Below, piece by piece: positions 13,382 to 34,014 of a stretch of DNA of 64,000 nt. The DNA is from the human T2T-CHM13v2.0 reference genome, Homo sapiens, in NCBI RefSeq assembly GCF_009914755.1, contig NC_060930.1. The stretch is one strand, 5' to 3'. How positions within the stretch are numbered: position 1 is the stretch's first letter; each line of letters opens with the position of its first letter. Both the position numbers and the translations under genes were made by a program. The notes beneath the pieces are model-generated. The model made no database searches and was not told the DNA's origin. It was given only the letters and a program-made list of their open reading frames with translations.

Positions 13382-14320
13382 CTTGAGCATCCTGAATACC
13401 AGAAAGTAAGGAAGTGCTCAAAAATAAAAACAATAATGGTGGTATGTCAAAGGGACACGAGCCAACCTGAAAGAGTTCCTAGTGACCAAAACTGAAACCA
13501 TCTGAGCAACCAAATAATTCATGTAGTATTGAATTATAGCCCAAAGTATAAAATAAATATCCATGTATATCAGTATGATCCCATACTGATACAAATAATT
13601 GAATGAATAAGTAAATAAATGAGGAGGAAGAGACAAATCCTGTGCAGGGGAATTTCAAATTTATGTAGACACTCCACTCTCCAGGAGATGAGGCATAACT
13701 CCCCATTCCTTAAGCATAGGCTGCATGTACAGCCCTCCTTCCAAAGTGTACATTATAGAGGGGGGAGGGGTGACTTTGCCATGGAGAAACCAGACAAACA
13801 TCACCTCAGCCAGGTGATCAAGGTCAACGTCAACAGCGACAAGTCATAGTCACAGCTGTACCCTTTTCCTTTACTTTTGTAGTCTTCCCTCAAACCCCAG
13901 TCTAACCATAAGAAAAAACATTAAACACACCCAAATTGAGGGACTTTCTACAAAATATTTGATCACCACTCTTGAAAACTATAAGGGTCATCAAAAGAAA
14001 AAAGGAAAATGTGAGAGACTGTCACAGCCAAGAAGTCCCTAAGGAGACTTTGTGACTAAATGTAATGAGGAATCCTGGAATAGAAAAAGGACTTAGGGGA
14101 AAATGACTGGAATCCATCCAAAGTATGAGGTTTACTTAATAATAATATGTATCACTATTGGTTCATTAATTGTGACAAATGTACCATAGAAATGTAAGAT
14201 GTTAATGCTCGGGGAAACTGGGTGCTAGGTATCTAGAAACTCTCTGTACTGCCTTTGCAACTTTTTTGTAAATCTGAAACTATTCTAAAGTAAAAACTAT
14301 ATTTTTAAAAAACACCTACT

Positions 14321-14706
<386 letters not shown>

Positions 14707-15638
14707 CTAAGTAACAACTAATAATGGACAAAATCTACCTCTAAAGAATTTCTCCAGTTTATCCCAGCTCCTTATTACTTTCCCAACCCATTCATTCATA
14801 TATTCAATAAGCATTTATTCCTACTGAAATGAAAGAATAAAAAGTATTAGAATCCAACTTATATAATAAAAGATTAGGTTGTTTCGTGTATGTGTGTGTG
14901 TCCTGGATTATGATATAAAATGCAATTCTTAATACAGATTTAAAGCCAAAAGAGTTTGAAATCTACCATAATAAATTATGTCCCTGGCCTCAAGGAGCTT
15001 CGGTTTAGCAGAGGAAAAAAGGTGAGTAAATCTTAGAGAAAAGATTTTGCTTTAACAATAGCAAAATAGAACTGTTTTCTATGGTTTATACTAAAAAATA
15101 GTACTGCATTAACCAACTCACAAAATCTTAGCCTAAGAAGTATCATGGCATATTTACACTTATTCATTTATAATTTATTCCACCATATCTCCAGAAAGAA
15201 TTTATAGCAGCTGTCTAGTTAAGATAGTCATCCCTGGCTATGAAATTTAGAGACCTGTGGTTCAACTGCCACATAAATCTTCTGTACAAATAGCCTAAAA
15301 AATTTCTGATGGTATATTCTTATAGAAACCCATGTTTTCCAATAATTCATCTATACCCAAGCCCGACTTGTCCAAATTTCTTTGCTTATTGTTTCAAGTT
15401 AGAATAAATATGTATTTTCAATCTCTAGATTACATTCACAAGAACACAGTACTGCTCAAGATCTGTTAGTGCTTAATCCTTTGGATGCCCTGCAAACCAC
15501 TGTAACTACTGGCAAAGCAGATAGGAACATTTCTTTCTAAAGACAAAAAATGGTAGCTTTTCAATTTCAGGTTGGATCAGTTTGCTTAGACTTCTCAGTG
15601 CAAATTAAGCTCATCAATAAAACCTAGTATTAGCATTA

Positions 15639-16012
<374 letters not shown>

Positions 16013-17969
16013 TTATTTGATCTGAAGTACAATGTCTTTAAGAAGTGAAATCTGTAAGTATTCAGAATAAGAAGCAAAACTGCAGGTGAGGATCTTTTTG
16101 TTTCTTCTACAATCCCATGAGAAACAGCTAGGGAAGAAGAGAAAACAGGACAAACTAGTAGGAAGAAATAGAGAAGCAGTTAATAGGAGAAATAGGAGAA
16201 TGCAGATACCACTCAAGAGTGAGGGAGTAGAACAAAAACAGCCAATATAACAACACTAACCTCCACCTCCCACCATCCTCCAGCACCAACTGCACCCATG
16301 GAAAAGAACCTATAAAAGCACCACAGTCAAATTCTAAGACTGTACAGTGCTTTGATTTACACAAATATAACCTCTTGCTCCAACAGATGAAAGCTCCTTT
16401 AAGTGTTCTTGTTTTGAAATGAGGTTATATATTTAAAAGTCTCTTTAGTGGGAAACACTTCGCTCTGTCAGGGAAATGTTAATCATATTTGCTAAACTTA
16501 CTATTATATATCCATTCTAATAATCTCCATTTCTCCAGTCTTGCAAATATGTGCACAGACTCACATATAAGGTCCTAAAGAAAGGATTTTGCTGATGCTC
16601 CCCAATTTTCTCAGAGTGTCTTTCATTTTGATATGAGAATAAACAGATGCCTGGCAGCATTTGTTTTTGAAAAGAGAGAGAACAAGGAAATATAAAGAAT
16701 TCAAAACTCCAAAAATGCACAGGATTGTCCCTTTGAAGTCTCAGCACCTCAAACAATTTAAATAATGGCTCATATGGTTCTTTATCACTCTTACTATAAT
16801 TTTATGCTATAACCAAAGCAGGCTTCCTTTGTGAGGTTAATTATTTAACTGTATGCAGTTATTATATAAGCCATTAACTTTTCAAACATTTATTCCTTTA
16901 GAATACTCTGTCTAAAATTAACTATTACTCTTGTAAGTGTTCCAAAGTATATTAGTATAAAACACATTATATCTTTTAAATTATATATTTTAAGTCAGTT
17001 CTCTGTAGTCTCCTATGAAAATGTTCTATCTTAATTGTAGTCACAGCTCCAAGGGTAAACACATTTGTCAAAATTCAAGCTGTGCATTGAGACTGGTTGC
17101 ATTTTACTGTGTGTAAACTGTAACTCAGTAAAGCTGATGAGGAAAAAAGACTCTGTCAAGTGTGATGAAGATGTGGTGGGAGGGGAGCAGGGAAAGGGGC
17201 CTAATTTTAAAAGAAAGTCAAATCACTAATAATTTTAAAAGGAGAAATAAAGATTTACTGTTAAGTGCTAATTTTAGGGTATGGCTGTAAAGTGAGCTGC
17301 ACCTTCTCCCAGTGAAATACATAAAAGAGTACATTCCCTGCAATCCTGATATCCGTCTATAAAAGAAGAAAATCTGGATAAACTAGCTCTATTCAGGACA
17401 AAACAATGATCAGTTTTCTTTGCTCTACTTTTGGCTGCTGAGGGTGTAGAGAATGTCAAATACTCAAAGCAAGTGGATCCAAAGCAAATGCTTGTTATCT
17501 ACGTGCTGGGACTACAATATCATCCATGATGCTGTATTTTTTTCTTATTATAAAAATACATGCTTGTTTTAGAAGTTTTCAGAGACCATAGAAACATTTT
17601 AAATAAAATAATATCACTTCCAAATTACAGTAATTAATCTGCCTTCCATTTTTTCTCATTTTTTATGTAATTGAGATGATCTGGAATAATTACAGTATTG
17701 ATTCTGGTCTCAACTTGAACAAACATAATCCCATGACCTTCATTTGTAAACATTTTATTACTATATGTTTTGAGGAACTTCCTGTAGATATTATTTATAC
17801 GAGTTGCATAATAATCTATTATGTAGCTATATCACAAGTAAAGCACCATTCTTCAGTTGTTGAACTTCTATATTATCTTTTTTAATTTATAAAGAATGGA
17901 ATGAACATCTTTACATATAAATCTTTCAACATATTTTAAATCATCTCCTGTGGTAAGGAAGGCATTTCC

Positions 17970-19059
<1,090 letters not shown>

Positions 19060-19060
<1 letters not shown>

Positions 19061-20748
19061 TTTTAAAATTTTTTTATTTCAATAGGTTTTTGGGGAGCAG
19101 GTGGTGTTTGGTTGCATGAATAAATTCTTTAGTGGTGATTTCTGAGATTTTGGTGCACCCATCACCTGAGCAGTGTACACTTTACCCAATGTGTAGTCTT
19201 TTATCCCTCACCACCTCCCAACCTTTTCCCCCAAGTCCCCAAAGTCCAATGTATCATTCTTAAGCCTTTCTGTCCTCATAGCTTAGCTTCCACATATAAG
19301 TGAGAACATACGATGTTTGGTTTTCCATTCCTGAGTTACTTCACTTAGAATCATAGTCTCCAATTCCATCCAGGTTGCTGTGAATGCCATTACTTCATTC
19401 CTTTTTATGGCTGAGTAGCAGTCCATGGTATACATACACCACATTTGCTTTATCCACTTGTTGACTGATGGGCATTTGGGCTGGTTCCATATTTTTGCAA
19501 TTGTGCTGCTATAAACATGAGTGTGCAAGTATCTTTATCGTATAATGACTTCTTTTCCTCTGGGTAGATACCCAGTAGTGGAATTGCGGATCAAATGGTA
19601 GATCTACTTTTAGTTCAAATGGTAGATCTACTTTTAGTTCTTTAAGGAATCTCCACAGTGTTTTCCAAAGTGGTTGCACTAGTTTACATTCCCGCCAACA
19701 ATATATGTGTTCCCTTTCCACCGCATCCACACCAACATCTGTATTTTTTTTTATTATGGCCATTCTTGCAGAAATGAGGTGATATCGCATTGTGGTTTTG
19801 ATTTGCATTTCCCTGATAGTGATGTTGAGCATTTTTCCATATGCTTGTTGGCCATTTGTATATCTTCTTTTGAGAATTGTCTATGGATATCCTTAGCCCG
19901 CTTTTTGATGGAATTGTTTGTTTTATTCTTGCTGATTTGTTTGAGTTCTTTGTAGATTCTGGATATTTTTCTTTGTCAGATATATAGGTTGTGAAAATTT
20001 TCTCCCACTCTGTGGGTTGTCTGTTAACTCTGCTAATTGTTTCTTTTGCTATGCGGAAGCTTTTTAGTTTAATTAAGTCCCATCTATTTATATTTGTTTT
20101 TGTTGCTTTTGCTCTTGGATTCTTGGTCATGAAGTCTTTGTCTAAGCCAAGGTCTAGAAGGATTTTTCTGATGTTATCTTCTAGAACTTTTACAGTTTCA
20201 GGTCTTAGATTTAAGTCTTTGATCCATCTTGAGTTGATCTTTGTATAAGAAGAGAGATGAGGATCCAATTTCATTCTCATACATGTGGCTTGCAAATTAT
20301 CCCAGCACCATTTGTTGAATAGGGTGTCCTTTCCCCACTTTATGTTTTTGTTTGCTTTGTCAATGATCAGTTGACTGTAAGTATTTGGCTTTATTTCTGG
20401 GTTCTCTAGTCTTTTCCATTGGTCTATGTACCTATTTTTATACCAGTACCATGCTGTTTTGGTGACTATGGCCTTAGAGTACAGTTTGACGTTGGGTAAT
20501 GTGATGTCTCCAGATTTGTTCTTTTTGCTTAGTCTCGCTTTGGCTATGCAGGCTCTTTTTTGGTTCCATATGAATTTTAGGATTGTTTTTTCTAGTTCTG
20601 TGAAGAATGATGGTGGTATTTTGACAGGAATTATATTGAATTTGTAGACTGCTTTTGGTAGTATGATCAATTTCACAATATTAATTCTACCTATGCATGA
20701 GCATGGGATGTGTTTCCATTTCTTTGTGTCATCTATGATTTCTTTCAT
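19060..20748 (-). mobile_element. 5'-truncated L1PB (L1PB1-like)
   Basis: L1PB 3' UTR (ttctttagtggtgatttctgagattttggtgcacc); ORF2 C-terminal frame in ORF 19684..20817. Confidence 0.9.
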
Positions 20749-20840
20749 AGTCATGATGACCTTTTCCCCTTTACCTATTTGGGCACAATGGTTTTTATAA
20801 AATATATGGTATATCAAGTTTCTCCCTATAACTTATTGCA

Positions 20841-21221
<381 letters not shown>

Positions 21222-21254
21222 TAAAATAGTGTCATAATTTCTTCTACCTCCTAG

Positions 21255-21561
<307 letters not shown>

Positions 21562-21579
21562 TACCTAGTTCAATTCTAA

Positions 21580-21990
21580 GCATTCTTTGGTTGCTACTAT
21601 GTTCCAGGCAATTACTAAGTAAACCCTGAGAGGTAAGAGATTAAGAGGGACACTATATCGGGGCAATAGACATGTGATAGATAATTCTATATGGCATGAT
21701 AAGTGATGATGAAGGACCACATGCTATTATGGACACACAGATTTAGGTCACTTAGCTGAACTCAGTAGTAGAGCCCAAGTTTCTAGAAGAAATTATTCAT
21801 TAGATGAATTTTAGAAAACAGGACATCAGCAAATAAACAAAATGGGAAGAGCATGCTAGGTAAAGGTCATACCACAAGAAGTGCGCAGATATGTGAGTGA
21901 CATGAGGACTACTGCCTGTAATTGCTAAAGCCTGGAATATACAAAGAATGGTGAGAGACGATGTCAGAGCTACTGCAGGGTCAGCTTGGA
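21580..21990 (-). mobile_element. L2 relic
   Basis: Decayed L2 3' region. Confidence 0.5.
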
Positions 21991-22009
21991 CTTTTTACCT
22001 ACAGACCTA

Positions 22010-22410
22010 GGGCATAATAAATACCAGGTTTAAGCCACTAAGTTTGTAGTAATTTGTCAGGGCAGCAATAGAAAACTAATATGAACTTTGCTGCCTGGAA
22101 GTGGTGTGCTGTTGTAACAAATATCTAAAAATGTGGAAAGCCTTGGAATTGGGGAGTGGGTAGAAGCTGGAAGAATTCTGAGAAACATGATGGAAAAACC
22201 TAGATTGTCTTCAGCAAACTGAAATACAGACAGGAAAGGTGGTACCAGTGAGAGTTCAGAAGGAAATGAGGAACACATTACTAGAAACTGCAGTAAGGAT
22301 GATCTTTGTTATATACTAGTAGAAAGCTTAGTGAAATGTGTCCTGTAGTTATGTGGAAAGCCAGAAGTGTAAACAGTGGACTGGGATATTTAGCTAAAGA
22401 GATGTCCAAG
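22010..22410 (+). mobile_element. MLT1 LTR 3' end plus MLT1 internal fragment
   Basis: taagccactaagtttgtagtaatttgt..gcagcaatagaaaactaata followed by MLT-int motifs. Confidence 0.75.
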
Positions 22411-22419
22411 TTTAGAACT

Positions 22420-22760
22420 GATCAGGTAACTTAACTACATGCCAGAACAAAGTCCAACACTATTTAAAGGAATAAAACAAAATCCAGCATAAAACAATGT
22501 AAAATCACAAGGTCTACCTTCACATCAAAAAATTATCAGGCATGCAAAAAAGCAGGAAGATATGACCCATAACTAGAGAAAAAAATCTGTCAAAAGAAAT
22601 GGTCTTTTCTAAGTCTGAGGTAATGAGACTTGAACATAAAAGCAGCTATTATAAATGTGCTCCAAACACTCAAGAATGTAGAAGAACCCAAATAGAATTG
22701 CTAGAGATGAAAGATACACTATGCAAAATCAAAAACACATGGATGCTTTTACTACACTAC
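22420..22760 (+). mobile_element. L1M 5'UTR/ORF1 fragment
   Basis: aaaaattatcaggcatgcaaaaaagcaggaa; QIELLEMKDTL-like ORF1 peptide. Confidence 0.7.
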
Positions 22761-23826
22761 AGACATGGTCTCCATGTAGTACATATAAAACTGCAGACTT
22801 CAATTTTCCTGGAGTCTTTTATACTGTTAATTACATCTCCATGCAGGGCTGAAAAGAATGACCTGTGTTTACATGTAAAACCACGTTGTTGGAGGAGGGG
22901 GTGCCCCAGCTTAGCGAACCCCAGCCTCCCTCCTGGGGTGCCTCATTCCAGGGCTCTTCCATCTTTCTCTAGCTGCCAAGGCCCAGGCTGACAACCCCCC
23001 AACCACACCACACCCTCTGGACTGAAGCCTCTAGGCCCCAGATTGCTGACTCAGGCTGCTGGGCACACAGCCCCCAGGCTGACTGGAAGACGGGGCTCAC
23101 TGCACACTCATCCCAAGGGCAGTGACTTAAGCCTCTCCAGTTTTCCTGTTAACTAAGTAAGCCTCAAGTCCTTTTAGTGTTTGTTTCTCTTCAAGAAAAT
23201 AAAACACTTATTTGTTTCCTTTGTATCCTCCTCTCATTCAGGGGGTTCAATAAATCATCTGCCAGAAAGGAAGTGTGCAGCTAATTCAGTCCTCCAGCAA
23301 AGAAAAGTGGGAGGCCCCGACAAATTGTCATTATGCAATAATGAACCTTGGACAGCCAAAATTTCATCTACAATATCAAACATGGAACTTAACTTTGGAG
23401 TTTATTTTATTCTAAAAATCAGGTTTTCCCCCTAGCTTTTAAGATTGAAAAAAAAAATCTTCCTTGGAGGGGACTGTCATCTTACATAGCTGACAGTAAT
23501 TTTCAGATTTGTGGAGTTTTGCAAGCTTTAAGCAAAGTAGATGAACCAGGAACAAAGCATCAGCTTTGTTTAACATCACTGAGTAGACTAATACTCCTCC
23601 CAGAGCCTGATCTAGGACTACAGCTGAAGGCTTTCAGGTTTGGACAAAAATCTTTGAGTATTAACTTGGAAATAAGGTAAATTGATGGATGGGTATGTAA
23701 TACATTGAGAACAGTTAAATGTTAATGATAGAATCTAGTGGTGGGTATAAGGGCATTCACTGTAAAATTCAACTTTCCTGTACATTTCAAAGTTTTTCAT
23801 ACTAAAATGTTTCAGGGGGTTGGGGG

Positions 23827-24380
23827 TATATTAGGGTTATCTAGAGACACATAACTAATAGGATAGATGTATATATGAGAGGGAGTTTATTAAGGAGAAT
23901 TGACTCACACAATCACAAGGTGAAGTCATACAATAGGCCTCCTGCAAGCTGAGGAGCAAGGAAGCCAGTGGTAGATCAATCCAAGCACCAAAAACTCAAA
24001 GATAGGGAAGCTCACAGTGCAGCCTTCAGTCTATGGCCAAAGGCCCGAGAGCCCATGGAAAACCACTGGTGTAAGTCCAAGAGTCCAAAAGCTGAAGTAC
24101 TTGGAGTCTAATGTTCAAGGGCAGCAAGCATCTAGCACGGGAGAAAGATGAAGGCCGGAAGACTCAGCAAATCTGCCCTCCCATCTTCTCCTGCCTGCTT
24201 TATTCTAGCCGTGCTGGCAGCTGATTAGATGGTGCCCAACCAGACTGAGGGTGGGTCTCCTCACCCAGTCCACTGACTCAAATGTTAATCGTCTTTGGCA
24301 ACACTCTGACAGAGATGCCCAGGAACAATGCTTTGCATCCTTCAATCTAATCAAGTTGACATTCAATATTAACCATCACA
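23827..24380 (-). mobile_element. MLT2B (ERVL) solo LTR
   Basis: MLT2 hallmarks with the B-type middle block; TSD ggggg on both sides. Confidence 0.88.
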
Positions 24381-25107
24381 GGGGGCAAGAGGCTTTGTGT
24401 CAAATCCCTGTTGCTATGAGTGGTGAGACTAGAACAAAATGCCCAATACTCAAATTACCTCATTTTCTTGTTTTTTCTTCTTTTTGCCTCTAGATATGAT
24501 ACCTCATTTTTTTAATATGTGTAATGTAGATCATTACTGATCTCATATGGTTGATGAGAAAAATGACAATGTCAAGAACATTTCTGGCACTACTAGAGGC
24601 CCTCAAATCAAGGGTAGCCACCTGGTGGGGCAAAGAAACGCAGTTCAGGGATCACTGGAGTGGGCTGGTGAGAAACTTCTTTAAGGAGGTGGAGGAGCAG
24701 GGGCATTTCTGGGTTTTATTGTGCCTGGATGGCCATCTGATTACGTGTGGCTTAGCCTGGAAACCCTCAATGCAGGATTCCAACCCCAAGAAAGTGCTTC
24801 AAGGACACCCCAGGTGGACCCAGAGGGCAGCTACAAGCCGACTTTTATGCTCTGCCTCCAGAATGACTCCTTCCAATGCTCACTAATGCTTAGGGGCCTG
24901 AGGAGAAGTCTTTTATGCCCAGAAATGACAACCACTTCCTCTGACTCTAAGAACAGTCCATTTAGGCTATTTCATCTTTGCCAGTTTCATTTTAGGAAAC
25001 ACAAGCCTTATAACACAATCCTGAGGAAATCAGCTGTGAAATACACAGACTTTGTGCAGAGAAGTGGTGCAAGTGTGCAATGCTTCAGTCTTAGTGACTG
25101 AAGACAG

Positions 25108-26685
25108 CCAGCCCACATGCCCAGTACCAAAGGGGCACATGCTCCACACCAAATGGGCAAAAATTCCACAGCCGAGCCTGCCCAGACAAGGGGACCCGCT
25201 ACACAACTCCACACCCTCAGCACTTTGTGACAGGACAATTACTGCCGCGTGACAGGACTCCAGTCCTGGGGCTGCTACCGGGTGCAAGTGACATGCTGGA
25301 AAGAGCGTGGTAGACATCTAGGGGCCAACTCTAGGAACATGTGTTTCTTATTCAGAATAGCTTTTTGTTTTGTTTGTTTTAACTTGTGAGGCTTCTTCAC
25401 TACTCAGGGACGAAAGAAAGAGGAAAGAATGGAAAAAGTGAAACTACAGAACAGAAATTGTGCAACTTCCAGAAAACTGCTCTAAGACAAGCAAGAAGGC
25501 AGACCTGCTAAATGCCCATTATGACACTATTTGACTAAACAGGTTTGAAATACTCTGGCATAAAATGAAGGCCATCCCCTAATGGTTTGTTCTTGGTGTT
25601 GGACAAATCATAAAAGGACCAGACATTGCTGTGATGAATTATATGCCCTGGAGAGAGGCAGAAAGTGATTACACCACCTTCATTTGCACATGGAAAGGGA
25701 AACTAAAGGTAGTATCTTAAATCTTTCCTTCGCACAGTCTGCTTGCCTCTTGTCACAGAGCACGCCTGCGTGTCTCTAAAAGCATGTGATATTTTAGTGC
25801 TTTAATTAAGTATACATGTAAAGGCAAGAGTCCACCTGATACAACACTGATTTTTGAGACTGAATTTTATGCTGTGACCAGAGGACCACTGAACCATTTA
25901 AACAGAAAGACACCATGACAGACAACTCTCTAAAACAGAGCTAATCACTACCTAAAAGAGAAGTTTTAAAAAGATGAGAAGCCATGTGACAAGTCATATC
26001 AGAATGCAGTTTTAGGCCAGGCACAGTGGCTCACATCTGTAATCCCAATATTTTGGGAGGCCAACGTGGGACAATAACTTGACCCCAGGAATTCCAGACC
26101 AGCCTGGGCAACACGGTGAAGCCCCATCTCTACCAAAAAAAAAAAAAAAAAAAAAAATAGCTGGGTGTGACAGTGTGCACCTGTAGTTCCAGCTACTTAG
26201 GAGGCTGAGATGGGAGGATTGCTTTTGCCCAGAAGTTCGAGACTGCAGTGAGCTATCATATGATTGTGCCACTGCACTCGAGCCTGGGTGACAGAGCAAG
26301 ACTCCATTTCTAAAAAAAACAAAAACAAAGCAGTTTTAGAAGATATTTTAAAGAAAAATGATCATGATGGTGACAGTTTCATTTCTTTTAAGGAATACAA
26401 TGCATATCAACATTATGAACTATAATGTTTTTTATTTCTATATTTTCTTAGATATTTACTGTCTTTGTTTACAAAATAGTCACTTTCACAAAAAAACCCA
26501 AACCCAAACTACTGCTTTTGATGTTGTGCTATTGTACATAGAAATGTACACAGTAAGGTTCTGCAATGAAAAGCACGTACTCTTGAGACTTAGTACTGCT
26601 TTGATTCATTGTTCAGGCTACAATTTCCCCCCTTAGAATGTAAGAAAAGTTAGCGCTTGTCGCCAATAAATGGTAATACTAAAAT
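25108..26685 (+). pseudogene. FKBP7: Processed pseudogene of FKBP7 (ER FK506-binding PPIase with EF-hands), split by an AluJ
   Basis: From ATG 25339 the decayed frames read MCFLFR..L*GFFTTQGRKKEE..VK / PENCSKTSKKADLLNAHYD / NEGHP / WFVLGVGQIIKG / PPSFAHGK / PPDTTLIFETEFYAVTRGP / KDEKPCDKSYQNAVL[Alu]EDILKKNDHDGDSFISFKEYNAYQHYEL* (stop 26423-26425), matching FKBP7 as I recall it (C-terminus ...NDHDGDGFISPKEYNVYQHDEL). Intronless, with frameshifts and stops; AATAAA at 26665-26670. The 5' boundary is approximate. Confidence 0.92.
26015..26329 (+). mobile_element. AluJ inserted in the FKBP7 pseudogene CDS
   Basis: TSD gcagtttta at 26006-26014 and 26330-26338. Confidence 0.95.
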
Positions 26686-26689
26686 GAAC

Positions 26690-28900
<2,211 letters not shown>

Positions 28901-28967
28901 GCACTCAAAATAGAAAATATTTTAGTAATGTTTTAGCTAGTTAATATCTTACTTAAAACAAGGTCTA

Positions 28968-29276
28968 GGCCAGGCACGGTGGCTCACACCTGTAATCCCA
29001 GCACTTTGGGAGGCTGAGGCGGGTGGATCGCTTAAACCCGGGAGTTCAAGACTAGCCTGGGCAACATAGTGAAATCCTGGCTCTATTAAAAAAACAAAAA
29101 TTAGCTGGGCATGGTGGCACATGCTTGTAATCCCAGCTACTCAGGAGGCTGAGGCAGGCAAATCATTTGAACCTGAGAGGCAGAGGTTGTGGTGAGCCAA
29201 GATCACACCACTACACTCTAGCCTGGGTGACAGAGGGAGACTCAGTCTCAAAAAATAAAGAAATATAAAAATAAAG
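28968..29276 (+). mobile_element. Alu (S/Jb)
   Basis: TSD aaaacaa(g/t)gtcta. Confidence 0.93.
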
Positions 29277-29315
29277 AAAACAATGTCTAAAAAAAAATAA
29301 AAGCTACTAGGAGGT

Positions 29316-29626
29316 AGCCAGGCACAGTGGCTCACACCTGTAATCCCAGCACTTTGGGAGGCCAAGGCAGTCAGATCACTTGAGGCCAGGAGTTCGAGAC
29401 CAGTCTGGCCAACATGGCAAAACCTGTCTCCACTAAAAATACAAAAAAATTTGTGTGGTAGCACATGCCTGTAATCCCAGCTACTTGGGAGGCTGAGACA
29501 GGAGAATTGCTTGAACCTGGGAGGTGGAGGTTGCATGCAGTGAGCTGAGATCAGACCACTGCACTCCAGCTCAGGTGACAGACTGAGACTCTGTCTCAAA
29601 AACAAAAACAAAAACAAAACAAAAAA
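29316..29626 (+). mobile_element. AluS
   Basis: Full Alu with a (CAAAA)n tail. Confidence 0.93.
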
Positions 29627-30120
29627 GCAAAGTAATAGGAGATGAAGAAGTAAAGATAGCCCACCTTGAATAATCTTTAAAACCCTTAGGTGGGAAAAAG
29701 AGAGAATATAGTAGTTAGAAAGGGATCTGTGGTCAAGAGACAGTTCGGCTTTATTCTTTTCCAGAACAGGAAATGTTTTGCAGACATATGAGCTGAGGGG
29801 TGAAGACCAATGGGGAGTAGCAAGTTAACAGTAGTAGTAGCCATAGTAATAGGAATAGTAAAAGCTAATATTTATTGAGAGCTTGTGGCAGATACTATTC
29901 CAACTTTTTATATATATATATACTTTAAGTTCTAGGGTACATATGCACAACATGCAGGTTTGTTACATATGTATACATGTGCCATGTTGGTTTGCTGCAC
30001 CTATTAACTCATCATTTACATTAGGTATTTCTCCTAATGCTATCCCTCCCCCATGCCCCCACCCCACACCAGGCCCCAGTGTATGATGTTCCCCACCCTG
30101 TGTCCAAGTGTTCTCATTGT

Positions 30121-33951
<3,831 letters not shown>

Positions 33952-34014
33952 TATGATGTTAGCTGGTTGTTTTGCCTGTTAATTGATGCAGCTTCTTCCT
34001 AGTATCGATGGTCT

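Noticed and set aside
16365-16430. 10-bp inverted repeat atataacctc/gaggttatat of pre-miRNA or snoRNA size
   Set aside because: The inner pairing is poor, there are no canonical C/D boxes, and a few such AT-rich stems are expected by chance in 64 kb.
19684-20817. 377-aa ORF as a domesticated gene
   Set aside because: L1PB ORF2 remnant fused by chance to flanking sequence and frameshifted at its C-terminus.
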